IMG/VR virus record: IMGVR_UViG_3300035698_023197
Location: 953 to 64,952 of that record
Direction: 5' to 3' (one strand)
Length of the DNA: 64,000 bases
Origin: a virus
Lineage: Duplodnaviria > Caudoviricetes
The stretch's first letter is position 1. Each line of letters starts with the position of its first letter. Below the pieces are notes generated by a model, which made no database searches, was not told the origin of the DNA, and saw only the letters and a program-made list of their open reading frames with translations. Of this stretch, positions 9,000 through 18,028 are shown piece by piece. The translations under genes and the position numbers were made by a program.

Positions 9000-11448
9000 C
9001 CGCAGTTCCTCTCTCTTGGGCGATGTCGCCCAAGAGAGCAACGATCTGGGAGAGCTTGCCTTCCATCACTCTCGTCGCCGATTCGGATGTGGTCTTCTCG
9101 TCCACTTTCTTCTTGCGCTCGGCGTGAACCTCTGGCAACGCCCTTTCCGCGATCGGCACCTTATTGTTGAGTGGAGTTAGCTCGGCGTTCACTGAATCTG
9201 CTGATGCACCCGGTACCGTCATACGCCGCCGTGTCAGTTCAGAAGTGTCCAGCCCAGTTCCTTTATTCGACTCCGACCACCACTGGCTTGTTTCCGCCAT
9301 AGACGCTTGCCACTTCGTATCGGCCCGCTCCATGCCTCCGAATTCTGCGAGGTTTTTGACCCGCGAATCTCTGGATAGTTGGCCAAGATCAACCGCTTCT
9401 CCCCTTGCGTACGCGCTCCGCACCGATTCGAGCAAGAAATCGTAGCTGCCGTACATGCCCTGGTCTGTCAGAGCGATATGCAACTGTGACGCGAGCCTGT
9501 GCTGCGTCTGAATGGGGATGGCTTGTTTGGCGATGTTTGCCATACCGCCAATGTCGCCAGACTTGAGCGCATTCACATATGACCCCGAATCGACATTTTT
9601 GCCCTGCTTGGCGAACATCTCCTTGAAACTGGATCGCTCGGCAGCTGTACCCAGCATCTTTTCGGTACGTCGCTCCTCATCCTTGGCATCTTTCATAGCA
9701 GACACCATATCCACGTATCCAACACCGACTTTCGCGATGTTTTGCCCAGGTTTTATCCAGTTGCTGGCAGTGTTTTTAATTCCCCCTACCAAGTTTCCAT
9801 CTCGCTTGAGCCTCTCTATGTCTTCCGCTCCAGAGGCTCGTGTCTCGTTCCTACCTTTTTCAGTGATCGTACCATCAAGTAATTGGTACCCTCCGACGGC
9901 AACCGCGCCGACAGTAGCCGCCCCCACCAACGTAGCACCACCAGCTAGTCCAGCAATACGAGACCCCGCAGCACCTGCTAATCCGGCAGTACCGCGACCA
10001 GCGGCAGCGCCCCCGAGTCCCGCAAGTCGTCCAAGCCCCATAGCTCCCGACGCCAGCGTGGAAGCGACAGTAAGGAGACCGATGGCAGGGAGAAGGTAGT
10101 CCATAGCGAGCTTGACGTTCCTCACAATTGACTCTAGGTCGAAAAAGGTGTCGTTGAGTTCTATCATGGTCGAAGAAATGCGAGCCGTCGCGGCCATGTG
10201 TCCCTCGACTGTAGTGGATAAAGCGTCGGCGGCACTATCTCCAAACCCGGCTGCTCCTACATCCGCTCCTACAGTCGCTTTCAACGCTCCCTTGTTGAGC
10301 TTGTCCATGAGTGCGTCTCCCGAAAATCCTTGAGATCGCAGCTTCTTGATTTCCCCTGCGGCTGCAGCCATGACGGTCATGTCGTGACCCATGGTGTCTC
10401 CAACTGTACGTAAGGCCACTTCCTGTGCCACGGAGAGTATCTTGGCGTCTTGAGGCGATATTTGGCCTAGCGTCGCTTCTTGCTGCAAGTTGAGCAACAT
10501 CGGGGAAATCTTGTTGAGGGCGGCGATCTCGGCTTCCAACACCCGCAATGTGGCACCAGCATCATCCTTGGCTTGCATATCAGCAAGCATTTTCCCTGCG
10601 TCCTCTCCGCTGAATGCGGCTAGCTTAGCAGCTTTCGTATATTGATCTGTGCCGCTCGTGCCTTGGAGTTGCCCGACATACTTGCCAAAATCGACCATCG
10701 CCCGCTCCTCGATGCCGACGTAATTCATCATCTTTTGGATCTGCTTCTCACGTGCATTCACGTCGAGCGACATAATGGTATCCATCCGATCCCCTATGGC
10801 ACGTATCGCATCTGTTCCTTCGAGCCCATATTCAATTGCCGAGGCGGAGATGTTCTGGGTGATCTTCTCGGCGTTTTTGAGCGACTGCTCACCTTGGACC
10901 ATGAGTTGCTTTTGCAACTTCGCCATGTCTTGACTGCCGATATTGGCCAGCTTCTGGGCGGCGGCGACCGACTCCATGTACGACTCGAGCTCCCTGCTGG
11001 GCTCCGTCCAGTTCATCTCCTTCTTGAGAGACTTCATACCCTCCATGAAAGCTCGGGTGATGCCCGTGGCTTCTTCGACCGTCTGCCCTGTGAGAATGGA
11101 ATACTTGGTGGCAAACTGTGCCATGTCATTCTGCGTCTTCTCGATGCCTTTACGGCTATCAGAGAGGAGACGGGAACCACGAAGGGAGACGCGAGCGGCG
11201 TCTTTCCACTGAATGATGTACTTGTCGACGCCAGATGAGAAAGCCTTCAGTCCAATCCCAAGCTTGCCCATACTCACACCAAAAGAGTCTATCTTCTTCC
11301 GTGTGGCCACACTATCATCGCCAAGACTATTGATAGTGTCCTCAAGACTGCCAACCTTCTTCGAGCTCTTGTCGGATGTGGTGCCAAGACGTTCAACTCC
11401 AGCGGTAGCCTTACCGATTTGGTCGCTGAATGATCTGAGTCCCGCCAT
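8992..11448 (-). CDS. Probable tail tape measure protein
   Basis: 818 aa, Ala/Gly/Lys-rich and helical, with Gly/Ala hydrophobic stretches; TACATAT motif upstream. Confidence 0.65.
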   Translation of the reverse strand: MAGLRSFSDQIGKATAGVERLGTTSDKSSKKVGSLEDTINSLGDDSVATRKKIDSFGVSMGKLGIGLKAFSSGVDKYIIQWKDAARVSLRGSRLLSDSRKGIEKTQNDMAQFATKYSILTGQTVEEATGITRAFMEGMKSLKKEMNWTEPSRELESYMESVAAAQKLANIGSQDMAKLQKQLMVQGEQSLKNAEKITQNISASAIEYGLEGTDAIRAIGDRMDTIMSLDVNAREKQIQKMMNYVGIEERAMVDFGKYVGQLQGTSGTDQYTKAAKLAAFSGEDAGKMLADMQAKDDAGATLRVLEAEIAALNKISPMLLNLQQEATLGQISPQDAKILSVAQEVALRTVGDTMGHDMTVMAAAAGEIKKLRSQGFSGDALMDKLNKGALKATVGADVGAAGFGDSAADALSTTVEGHMAATARISSTMIELNDTFFDLESIVRNVKLAMDYLLPAIGLLTVASTLASGAMGLGRLAGLGGAAAGRGTAGLAGAAGSRIAGLAGGATLVGAATVGAVAVGGYQLLDGTITEKGRNETRASGAEDIERLKRDGNLVGGIKNTASNWIKPGQNIAKVGVGYVDMVSAMKDAKDEERRTEKMLGTAAERSSFKEMFAKQGKNVDSGSYVNALKSGDIGGMANIAKQAIPIQTQHRLASQLHIALTDQGMYGSYDFLLESVRSAYARGEAVDLGQLSRDSRVKNLAEFGGMERADTKWQASMAETSQWWSESNKGTGLDTSELTRRRMTVPGASADSVNAELTPLNNKVPIAERALPEVHAERKKKVDEKTTSESATRVMEGKLSQIVALLGDIAQERGTAVI

Positions 11449-11450
11449 GT

Positions 11451-11756
11451 TTATATGTAGTCTTTTACACTATCGTCTAGCAAAGATAACAAGTGGTCTG
11501 TAAGCTCCTGCTCTACCGAGAACGCGGGCCATCGCGGCGAACCAACGCACATCTCGAGCCACAAAACTTCCGCTTCATCGGTGGGGAATAGAAGTTTGCC
11601 CTCTTTGATCTCTATCTTGCGGGGTATCGATCGTAGTACAAGCAACTCTCCGACCGTGGTGTCTTTGCCCGTCACGATGTGGAGGTACTCCTTGAACTTC
11701 TCGCCCAGGAATTCGCGTATTTTCTCCGTCAACTCGCCGTCATCAACCCAGGCCAT
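11451..11756 (-). CDS. Hypothetical protein
   Basis: Start reassigned to ATG 11756 (MAWVDDGELTEK), which removes the overlap with the HNH gene; TAAGTA motif upstream. Confidence 0.6.
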   Translation of the reverse strand: MAWVDDGELTEKIREFLGEKFKEYLHIVTGKDTTVGELLVLRSIPRKIEIKEGKLLFPTDEAEVLWLEMCVGSPRWPAFSVEQELTDHLLSLLDDSVKDYI

Positions 11757-11778
11757 CAGCAGTACTCTACTTATTGGT

Positions 11779-12426
11779 GTGAAATCGATAATCAAACTGA
11801 AAACAGCCCAAAAGCTTGCGAAGGAAAGAAGGATGTGCCATTCTTGTTTCAAGGTCCCTGTGACCACAACCTTGGTATGTGAAAAATGTACCACCAAGAA
11901 GCGTATGAGTAACACCGCGATGCGAAGAATGATGAGACATGTAGTACTCACATACTACAGTAAAACGAAACCACCATCGTGTGAAAACTGTGGGGAGTGT
12001 TGGAGTGGGTGTTTGAATGTAGATCATGTCAACGGTGGTGGGCACCAGCACAAAAAAGAGATCAAAGGTGACTTGTCAACGTGGTTGTATCGGCAAGGAC
12101 TGCCAAGTGGGTATCGAATATTGTGCGCCAACTGCAATCAAAGTGTAGCCTCGTACGGGGGCGATTTGGGTGCGTTGAACGCAGCACGAGAAGATACTAG
12201 GCCTTGGTATGACGAGTTTAATTCAGAAGGTACAAAGCGCAATTGGGGTGTGGTGATAGCCATGCGAATAGATTTGTCTCGTGGTTTTACGTTTGTGCAA
12301 CTAGCCGAAAAATATGGTGGCTCTCCTGGATCTGTGCACTGTGCTTTAAAGAAAAGATGGCAATGGCCTGATAGTATCAACAGTAAGGTAACTGTGGGGG
12401 AGGAAGGTCTACAAAAGGTGAAGTAG
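11779..12426 (+). CDS. HNH homing endonuclease with zinc fingers and C-terminal HTH
   Basis: CHSC/CEKC, CENCG..LNVDHVNGGG..H, ILCANCN, C-terminal QLAEKYG HTH; antisense to its neighbours; start estimated. Confidence 0.85.
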   Translation: MKSIIKLKTAQKLAKERRMCHSCFKVPVTTTLVCEKCTTKKRMSNTAMRRMMRHVVLTYYSKTKPPSCENCGECWSGCLNVDHVNGGGHQHKKEIKGDLSTWLYRQGLPSGYRILCANCNQSVASYGGDLGALNAAREDTRPWYDEFNSEGTKRNWGVVIAMRIDLSRGFTFVQLAEKYGGSPGSVHCALKKRWQWPDSINSKVTVGEEGLQKVK

Positions 12427-13150
12427 GTGCGTCGCCATCCTCTGGGCCATCGCCTCCTGTTTGTCCCGGTCCCGGGTTGTTCGATGGGGTCCCCGGTGCA
12501 CCGCCCGCGCTGACTGGTGCTTCTGCTGCAGGTGATCCGTCGTACGGCAACGCCCCTGCTCCGGTGTCTGTCAGCGACTCGTGTGGCTTTTGACTGAGTG
12601 GCCAGTCCCCAAGCTGAACCTGCTTGGAAGTTATGGAAATGTGGAGTGGGAATGTAGACTGCTGCCACATGTCTGCGGGGTCGACATGGGCGAGGGTGAT
12701 CTCGTACAACACGTTGCGAAAAGTGAACTCGTCTCCGACCCTAGGCCAGTAATCCTGATTCATCAAATGAGCTACCCCAACCCACAACCGAATACCTTGC
12801 ATTCTGACTGGACCTGCCTCATTGCGCTTCAAGTTTGTTTTATCCTGCTCAATTTTGACTGGTATGTCCAAAAGTCTGAGGAATGTCTTGTGTCGGGCGA
12901 CAGGCTCATTGTAGAGCGTATCCATTGCCGTATCTTGGGGGTCCTCCAACTCTTTAAACGTTAACTTTGGGTAGCAAGATTCGTACCACTCCTCCGTAAT
13001 AAACATCGCTTCTCGATAATCGGCAAGTCCCGACATAGCGAATCGATCTATCGTACCATCATTTTTCCAACTAAGGAAAGCGGCAAGTTGATCTTTACTG
13101 CGGAACAAGCCCTTCTCGTAGGCCAGTGCTGGGTATTTGTTGAATCTCAT
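12377..13150 (-). CDS. Putative neck/head-completion protein (gp14-like)
   Basis: DTLYNE and PRVGD...LYEI motifs resemble T4 gp14-type proteins; Pro/Gly tail; start reassigned to ATG 13150. Confidence 0.5.
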   Translation of the reverse strand: MRFNKYPALAYEKGLFRSKDQLAAFLSWKNDGTIDRFAMSGLADYREAMFITEEWYESCYPKLTFKELEDPQDTAMDTLYNEPVARHKTFLRLLDIPVKIEQDKTNLKRNEAGPVRMQGIRLWVGVAHLMNQDYWPRVGDEFTFRNVLYEITLAHVDPADMWQQSTFPLHISITSKQVQLGDWPLSQKPHESLTDTGAGALPYDGSPAAEAPVSAGGAPGTPSNNPGPGQTGGDGPEDGDAPTSPFVDLPPPQLPYC

Positions 13151-13395
13151 AGACGAACTAGTTTCCCTTCGAGGATACCTAGTTTGTCTTGTACTGTGAC
13201 TGGTAACTTCCAATTTCCTTCTTGCAGCAACTTGAACATCGTCCCCCTATTCATGTCGTGCTGTTCTGCAAGCTGCTGCGTGGTCTTCCCTTTTGCGTGC
13301 TCTTCTCGCAATTTCCACACGGTTGCCCAATTCCTTTTTCACCGCCGTGAAATTGCTTATCTTCCCACCAGGGTATTTTCGCTTTCCGTCCGTAT
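13147..13395 (-). pseudogene. HTH fragment related to the C-terminus of the neighbouring HNH endonuclease
   Basis: IPWWEDKQFHGGE[K]RNWATVWKLR...QQLAEQH aligns with RPWYDEFNSEGTKRNWGVV...VQLAEKY; 1-nt shift in an A5 run at about 13335. A 57-aa GTG ORF (13147-13320) remains. Confidence 0.55.
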
Positions 13396-13400
13396 TACAT

Positions 13401-13433
13401 AGAAAGGGCCACACCTTTCGATGCGGCCCTTAA
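13401..13433 (-). terminator. 33-bp hairpin element, copy 1
   Basis: Minus strand TTAAGGGCCGCATC-GAAA-GGTGTGGCCCTTTCT; 10-bp stem with two G-U pairs and a GNRA loop. Confidence 0.7.
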
Positions 13434-13481
13434 TATGCGAACTGTTGCTGATCGTTAAACTTCACAAGGATACGTACTGGC

Positions 13482-14219
13482 CTACAACAGCTCGTTGAAA
13501 GAATCGGGCGTCATCGCTCGGACCCGGGTATCGACAGGTGGTGGGTCGACAGCATCCTTGACGCTGTCTGACGCGGCCATCCATATCTCTCTCGGAGACG
13601 CATTAACCCGCCAGTCCAAAAAGGATACGATCCACACTTCATCCATGTAGTCAGTGATCCCACCGCCATGATGTGCCAGCCCAAGTATGCGGTCTACATC
13701 CAAGATCTTGCTCTTCATGGAGTTGTGGTGAAGCATATTCCTCCACGTATCGAGTAAGCCGCGCCACACCCCATCCTTTGCAGTGAACCACTGGTAATGT
13801 CCTTGCCCAGATTCCTCAGGCCAGTTTATGAAATGCTCTATAGCAGCTGGGAGTTCCTGCAAAGAAATATCGTGGGTGGCCACGTTTTCCCACTCGTCAT
13901 TCCACTCTACCCATCCTGCGTCTTTGGCCTGCGCCATCAGTTTCCCATGCAACTCCTGTCCTTGTTGTATACGAGCGATATATCGTATTTCGTTTGGGTG
14001 GGTAGGCGGCGGCGCACCATTCACTTTTACAGGGTCTTGGGGGCGGTCTGGTAGTATGCGATTCAACACCATCCGCCCCAATTGCCTCATTAAGTCATCC
14101 CACACATACTCGACATGATCTACTGCAACGCGATTGCGCGTACCAGCATATTCGATTGCGTAGAACGACGCCAAGTCCCTACGGGTTATAGATTCTAGTA
14201 ACCGACTGCTAAACTTCAC
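13482..14219 (-). CDS. Hypothetical protein, putative internal head protein
   Basis: GTG start (MKFSSRLLES), TATATAT 5 nt upstream; D..L.L.H motif shared with 53260..54102. Confidence 0.7.
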   Translation of the reverse strand: MKFSSRLLESITRRDLASFYAIEYAGTRNRVAVDHVEYVWDDLMRQLGRMVLNRILPDRPQDPVKVNGAPPPTHPNEIRYIARIQQGQELHGKLMAQAKDAGWVEWNDEWENVATHDISLQELPAAIEHFINWPEESGQGHYQWFTAKDGVWRGLLDTWRNMLHHNSMKSKILDVDRILGLAHHGGGITDYMDEVWIVSFLDWRVNASPREIWMAASDSVKDAVDPPPVDTRVRAMTPDSFNELL

Positions 14220-14229
14220 AAGGATATAT

Positions 14230-14262
14230 AGAAAGGGCCGCATCTTTCGATGCGGCCCTTAA
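14230..14262 (-). terminator. 33-bp hairpin element, copy 2
   Basis: Minus strand TTAAGGGCCGCATC-GAAA-GATGCGGCCCTTTCT, perfect stem. Confidence 0.7.
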
Positions 14263-14288
14263 CACTAAAGGTTGGAATAGAAGGGGTC

Positions 14289-14753
14289 CTATTCGGGCCA
14301 AGTGTTCGGAAGACCACCGATTGGAGTAGAGCCAAGGCCAACTCCGAAGTCTTTTCCGTAGCCGGATTTGCCGATGATGCCCAGTTCGGCCTGCCCAAAA
14401 TAAGGTTTTCCATTAAGCGACATATCCATCCGGACTTTGCCACCACCAGCGGTAGTGACGCGTCCTTGGATTTTGAGCAGGAGCTTGTTCGACTGAACCG
14501 TTGCACGCTGTTGTCCACCAGCAGCAAGAGCAATAACGGATGCGCCGGAAATCTTGGTCCAGGTGGATGCGTCGTCGGACTCGTAGACTTCGAACTCAAA
14601 AGCACGGCCAGTTTGTGGCTCGCCAGCGAAGTTGAGTTCGGTCTGGTCTTGGAAGTTGAGGTCAATCTTACCGACCTTCTCGCGAAGTTGGAAGAGTTGG
14701 ATGTCAGTCAGCGTGGTGCTATTGACGCCGAGATAGGAGGAAGTTGCGATCAT
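14289..14753 (-). CDS. Hypothetical beta-rich protein, probably virion-associated
   Basis: Alternating hydrophobic pattern; followed by the same hairpin element that follows the major capsid gene. Confidence 0.65.
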   Translation of the reverse strand: MIATSSYLGVNSTTLTDIQLFQLREKVGKIDLNFQDQTELNFAGEPQTGRAFEFEVYESDDASTWTKISGASVIALAAGGQQRATVQSNKLLLKIQGRVTTAGGGKVRMDMSLNGKPYFGQAELGIIGKSGYGKDFGVGLGSTPIGGLPNTWPE

Positions 14754-14765
14754 GGTAGTGGTAGT

Positions 14766-15062
14766 TTAGTTATTGTCTGGTGCAAGTTTGAAAAAGATGT
14801 TGCGTCTCCCATTCACCATCCACTGCCTAGCAGTAGCGATAAAGGGATTTTCGTAGGACTCCTGCCGAAGCTTGTCAACAGCTACTTCACGTAGCGTCTC
14901 GAAGTGATCTTCGCCGGGAGGCTCCAGCCGCACTAACAAGGATTTGTCGTTTTCGTCCCACACCATACCAATTACGGCCTGGTGTGTGAAAACCTCTCTT
15001 TCGAAGACTCGCGCAATGCGGTCAACAAAAGGGTTCTTGTCTTTTTTCAATGCTGCTGCCAT
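14766..15062 (-). CDS. Hypothetical protein
   Basis: ATG ORF in the operon; TAAGTAT upstream. Confidence 0.65.
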   Translation of the reverse strand: MAAALKKDKNPFVDRIARVFEREVFTHQAVIGMVWDENDKSLLVRLEPPGEDHFETLREVAVDKLRQESYENPFIATARQWMVNGRRNIFFKLAPDNN

Positions 15063-15134
15063 CTTTGGACTTATACTTATGCCAGATATTGGCTATTAAA
15101 CAAACCGATACCAAAATCTTGGTATTCTCCTGTA

Positions 15135-15503
15135 CTACGCCTGGGTATTCGCCACTTGCTTCATGGCGTCGTCAAATTCTCCGAGAACCTGCTTCACTTC
15201 CAACGCAGCACACATCATCAACTGTTGGTGCTCGAGGGACTGCCCACCAAATGCGCCTTTTTCGTTGGCGTGGACGTACGCCGCGTACAAGTTACGCGCT
15301 GCAGCTGAGGAAACTCCAACCTTCATAGAACCAGGATTTATTGACGGTGCGGGCGGTGGGGTTTGGGCCTCGTTGTTTGATATGTCGGAACTGGTGGGTG
15401 TCTCTGCGGCGTCTGTACTATCTAGTGATTTCATGGTTCTTTGGGATCTATATTCTCTCAGCGCGTTCCAGGGCTTGTGTCCCCACTCATCTTCAACGCT
15501 CAT
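15135..15503 (-). CDS. Hypothetical protein
   Basis: ATGA-coupled to the upstream ORF. Confidence 0.65.
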   Translation of the reverse strand: MSVEDEWGHKPWNALREYRSQRTMKSLDSTDAAETPTSSDISNNEAQTPPPAPSINPGSMKVGVSSAAARNLYAAYVHANEKGAFGGQSLEHQQLMMCAALEVKQVLGEFDDAMKQVANTQA

Positions 15504-15940
15504 GATGTTGTAGAATGTAAACGGAAGAAATCAAAAAGCGCCTCGCAAGACCTCACCCACGAACTGAGTTCGTCGATATCGACGCAAATCTCCATAGTGA
15601 CGGCCTTCTCATAGATGTTGTTGAACACATTCTCAAGCTCTGTTGGATCTGCAAACATATCCTCGATCCGTATCTTGATCTTCTCATTGCGGAGCCGATA
15701 ATCATCTAGGTCGTTTGCGATTACAGTGTCACACCCGATGTCCATCTGGTCGATCAGGTCTTGCTGGGTGTCGCCGAAAAAGAGCGTCACATTACCGAGC
15801 CTCGCCGGGTCGATCTCCATGTTGGCGAGGTCGATTGTGACCACTCCGCCTGTCGACAACGAGTCGATGTCCTTTTCGTTTATCCCGACCGCCAAAATCT
15901 GGCTGTCGCCATCCGTTTCCTCTAATGTGCAGCGTATCAC
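15500..15940 (-). CDS. Hypothetical acidic protein
   Basis: GTG ORF, tightly packed in the operon. Confidence 0.65.
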   Translation of the reverse strand: MIRCTLEETDGDSQILAVGINEKDIDSLSTGGVVTIDLANMEIDPARLGNVTLFFGDTQQDLIDQMDIGCDTVIANDLDDYRLRNEKIKIRIEDMFADPTELENVFNNIYEKAVTMEICVDIDELSSWVRSCEALFDFFRLHSTTS

Positions 15941-15946
15941 GCTTAC

Positions 15947-16741
15947 TTAGAAGCTCAAAAGACCTCTGTTGGCCAACTCTTTCAAAATGACAGCAGCACC
16001 CACTTGTTTGCTGACTGCCGAGCTGCTCCACTTGCCATCCGAGACGTACTTGCCCTTGACATAGTGCTGGGACCCACTCCAAAGGTACGGAGTCGGAACG
16101 TTTTTGTGGTATCGCAGATACCCTGTACCGTTGTATCGCTCGATGGTGTACAACATGTGGTGGACGTTCCAGTCTTTGACGAGGTGGAGTTTGTCGTATC
16201 GGAGAGCGTCTGCCGCGCTGTACTCCCAAGTAAATGGGGGCTTGCCCGTTTTGGGCCTTCCTTTCGGTACCCAGTAGGTGCGCTTGGTCAGTGGGTTGCC
16301 ATTGTGCAGGTGCTTATCGAACCGCAGGCTTGCTTCCATATTGTGAAGCACGGAAATAACGTACCACGGCACTCCGACATTATTCTGAACCTTGGTATAC
16401 CGGGGTATATTTCCCTTGATCTTGTTGGCAGACCAGTTGACTTTTCCTTGCCAATTGCTCCGGACTTTCAGTGTGCGCCACCGTCTCTCATAGTCGCTTT
16501 CCCGGATAGGGACCTTTGGCGACTTGACGACGATTGGTGGGTTGACGTGCGTAGGTACAAACCAGGGGGTCGGCTCTGTCTTTGGTTGACCCGGCTCTGG
16601 GAGCACGTCGTCGAACAAATTCGGAGTTGTTACTCTGGGCGTCGACCCTGGGATATCCGCGTCTGTCTTCGGCGGATCGAACGTCGGGTCATCTTTACAC
16701 CCAACTGAAAGCAAGATTATAAGAAGCGCGAGCGTTTTCAT
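15947..16741 (-). CDS. Lysozyme-family endolysin (COG5526-like) with lipoprotein signal
   Basis: H.ME...F..HLHNG.PL..RT..VP.GRP, ERYNG.GY, PTPYLWSGS..Y..GKYV.DG; N-terminal MKTLALLIILLSVG-C. Confidence 0.85.
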   Translation of the reverse strand: MKTLALLIILLSVGCKDDPTFDPPKTDADIPGSTPRVTTPNLFDDVLPEPGQPKTEPTPWFVPTHVNPPIVVKSPKVPIRESDYERRWRTLKVRSNWQGKVNWSANKIKGNIPRYTKVQNNVGVPWYVISVLHNMEASLRFDKHLHNGNPLTKRTYWVPKGRPKTGKPPFTWEYSAADALRYDKLHLVKDWNVHHMLYTIERYNGTGYLRYHKNVPTPYLWSGSQHYVKGKYVSDGKWSSSAVSKQVGAAVILKELANRGLLSF

Positions 16742-17136
16742 TACTTGTTGAGTATCCAGATGAGAAAAATGAAGACACCGAGGAAGGTGAGGAGGCGTGC
16801 TGTCGGAGTTAGCGCTTGAAAATCATCGACAAACTGCTTTTTCACTCTCGGATCGTCTTTGCTGGTGTAGGCTTCCAATGTCGGAAAAGCGGCGTGGATG
16901 AGAGCCCAGACAGCCAGTACGCTTCCGGTCAATCCGAGAATCCTCATAATGAGCATGTGGACGAAGCTGAAATCGACGGAACGCGCAGACGGGTCAATGA
17001 ACCCGATGACGAGTGGGTAAGCCCAGAATAGGGCTAGCACGACTATCGCTAGCAATGCCTCCTTTGAGTTACGGAAGAAGAGCCAAATAGCCTTGACGCT
17101 ATCTCCGAGTTTGCAATCTTTATCGTCGTCTGACAT
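16741..17136 (-). CDS. Putative holin (3 TM segments)
   Basis: Three hydrophobic helices; coupled to the endolysin gene. Confidence 0.55.
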   Translation of the reverse strand: MSDDDKDCKLGDSVKAIWLFFRNSKEALLAIVVLALFWAYPLVIGFIDPSARSVDFSFVHMLIMRILGLTGSVLAVWALIHAAFPTLEAYTSKDDPRVKKQFVDDFQALTPTARLLTFLGVFIFLIWILNK

Positions 17137-17142
17137 GGTTAT

Positions 17143-17655
17143 TTAGAGTGGTAAGATTGATTTTTTCAGCATGAGTGCACCTGCACCCACCATAACGATA
17201 TTTAGGATACCGGAGCCCCAAAGCCATTTGCTCTTCCGTTTCGCGCTAGCTTCTGCCTTGACGCGCTTCTCGAATTCCTTGTTGTACCAAGATTGCCAGT
17301 GCTTCAGCTTCTCGGTAGCAGCGAGCAATTCGCCTTGTGCCTTCTCGACTTTGAGTTTTAGAGCACTGAAGGCTTCTTCGAGTACCTTGGTTTGCTCCTG
17401 GGCAGCTGCTGCTTGTTTTTGCAGATCTTTGACGAGACCGTCCTCAGGATACTTTTCAACGACCTTTTCGACGGTACGGTATACCGTGTTGGTCTTAATA
17501 GTGGTCGCTTTAACGGCCTCTTCAGCTTTTTTGAGTTCAAGCTTGACAACAGTTGGTTTTGCTACCGGCCCTCGTGGGTCCACTGCCTTCCTGCAAGCGG
17601 ACAGTCCACTGAATGCGAGTACCATTACGATGGCGTATAGGATGTTCGTTTTCAT
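17143..17655 (-). CDS. Putative unimolecular spanin
   Basis: Lipobox LSA-C, coiled-coil middle, C-terminal TM (WLWGSGILNIVMVGAGALML); in the lysis cassette. Confidence 0.6.
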   Translation of the reverse strand: MKTNILYAIVMVLAFSGLSACRKAVDPRGPVAKPTVVKLELKKAEEAVKATTIKTNTVYRTVEKVVEKYPEDGLVKDLQKQAAAAQEQTKVLEEAFSALKLKVEKAQGELLAATEKLKHWQSWYNKEFEKRVKAEASAKRKSKWLWGSGILNIVMVGAGALMLKKSILPL

Positions 17656-17709
17656 CCCACATAACTAGAGAATCCGGCCAATCTGACATCAATCCATGTG
17701 GTGTCAAGT

Positions 17710-17988
17710 CTATTGGGGAGGCGTCTCGGTCCATGCGGCCTGTGTGACCTTGTTGAACTCATCGATGCCGCCGAGTGCTGCCTTCATCACAACCGCTCTA
17801 CGTTGGCGAGTGTTGCCTTCGACGTGTTCAGCGGCAAAGTTACCCAGCGATATGTGCGCACCGTATCCGTTGACTGCCCATGCGGTGCTTGCCCCAACCG
17901 ATACGGTGTACCTACCCATGTGGTATTCGGTTTTGACGTTTGGGGCTCGGGATTTCTCGAGCAATCGGACGAACTGGTGCGTGTTCAT
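17710..17988 (-). CDS. Hypothetical protein (MNTHQFVRLLE N-terminus)
   Basis: ATG ORF downstream of a sigma70 promoter. Confidence 0.7.
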   Translation of the reverse strand: MNTHQFVRLLEKSRAPNVKTEYHMGRYTVSVGASTAWAVNGYGAHISLGNFAAEHVEGNTRQRRAVVMKAALGGIDEFNKVTQAAWTETPPQ

Positions 17989-17999
17989 GCGTTACTTTT

Positions 18000-18028
18000 A
18001 GTATAACACAGGGTTGCGACTTTGTCAA
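18000..18028 (-). promoter_or_regulatory. Sigma70-type promoter
   Basis: TTGACA-17 nt (ending CTGTGT)-TATACT. Confidence 0.85.

Noticed and set aside
17680-17710. Additional sigma70 promoter (TTGACA on -)
   Set aside because: No credible -10 hexamer at 16-18 nt spacing.
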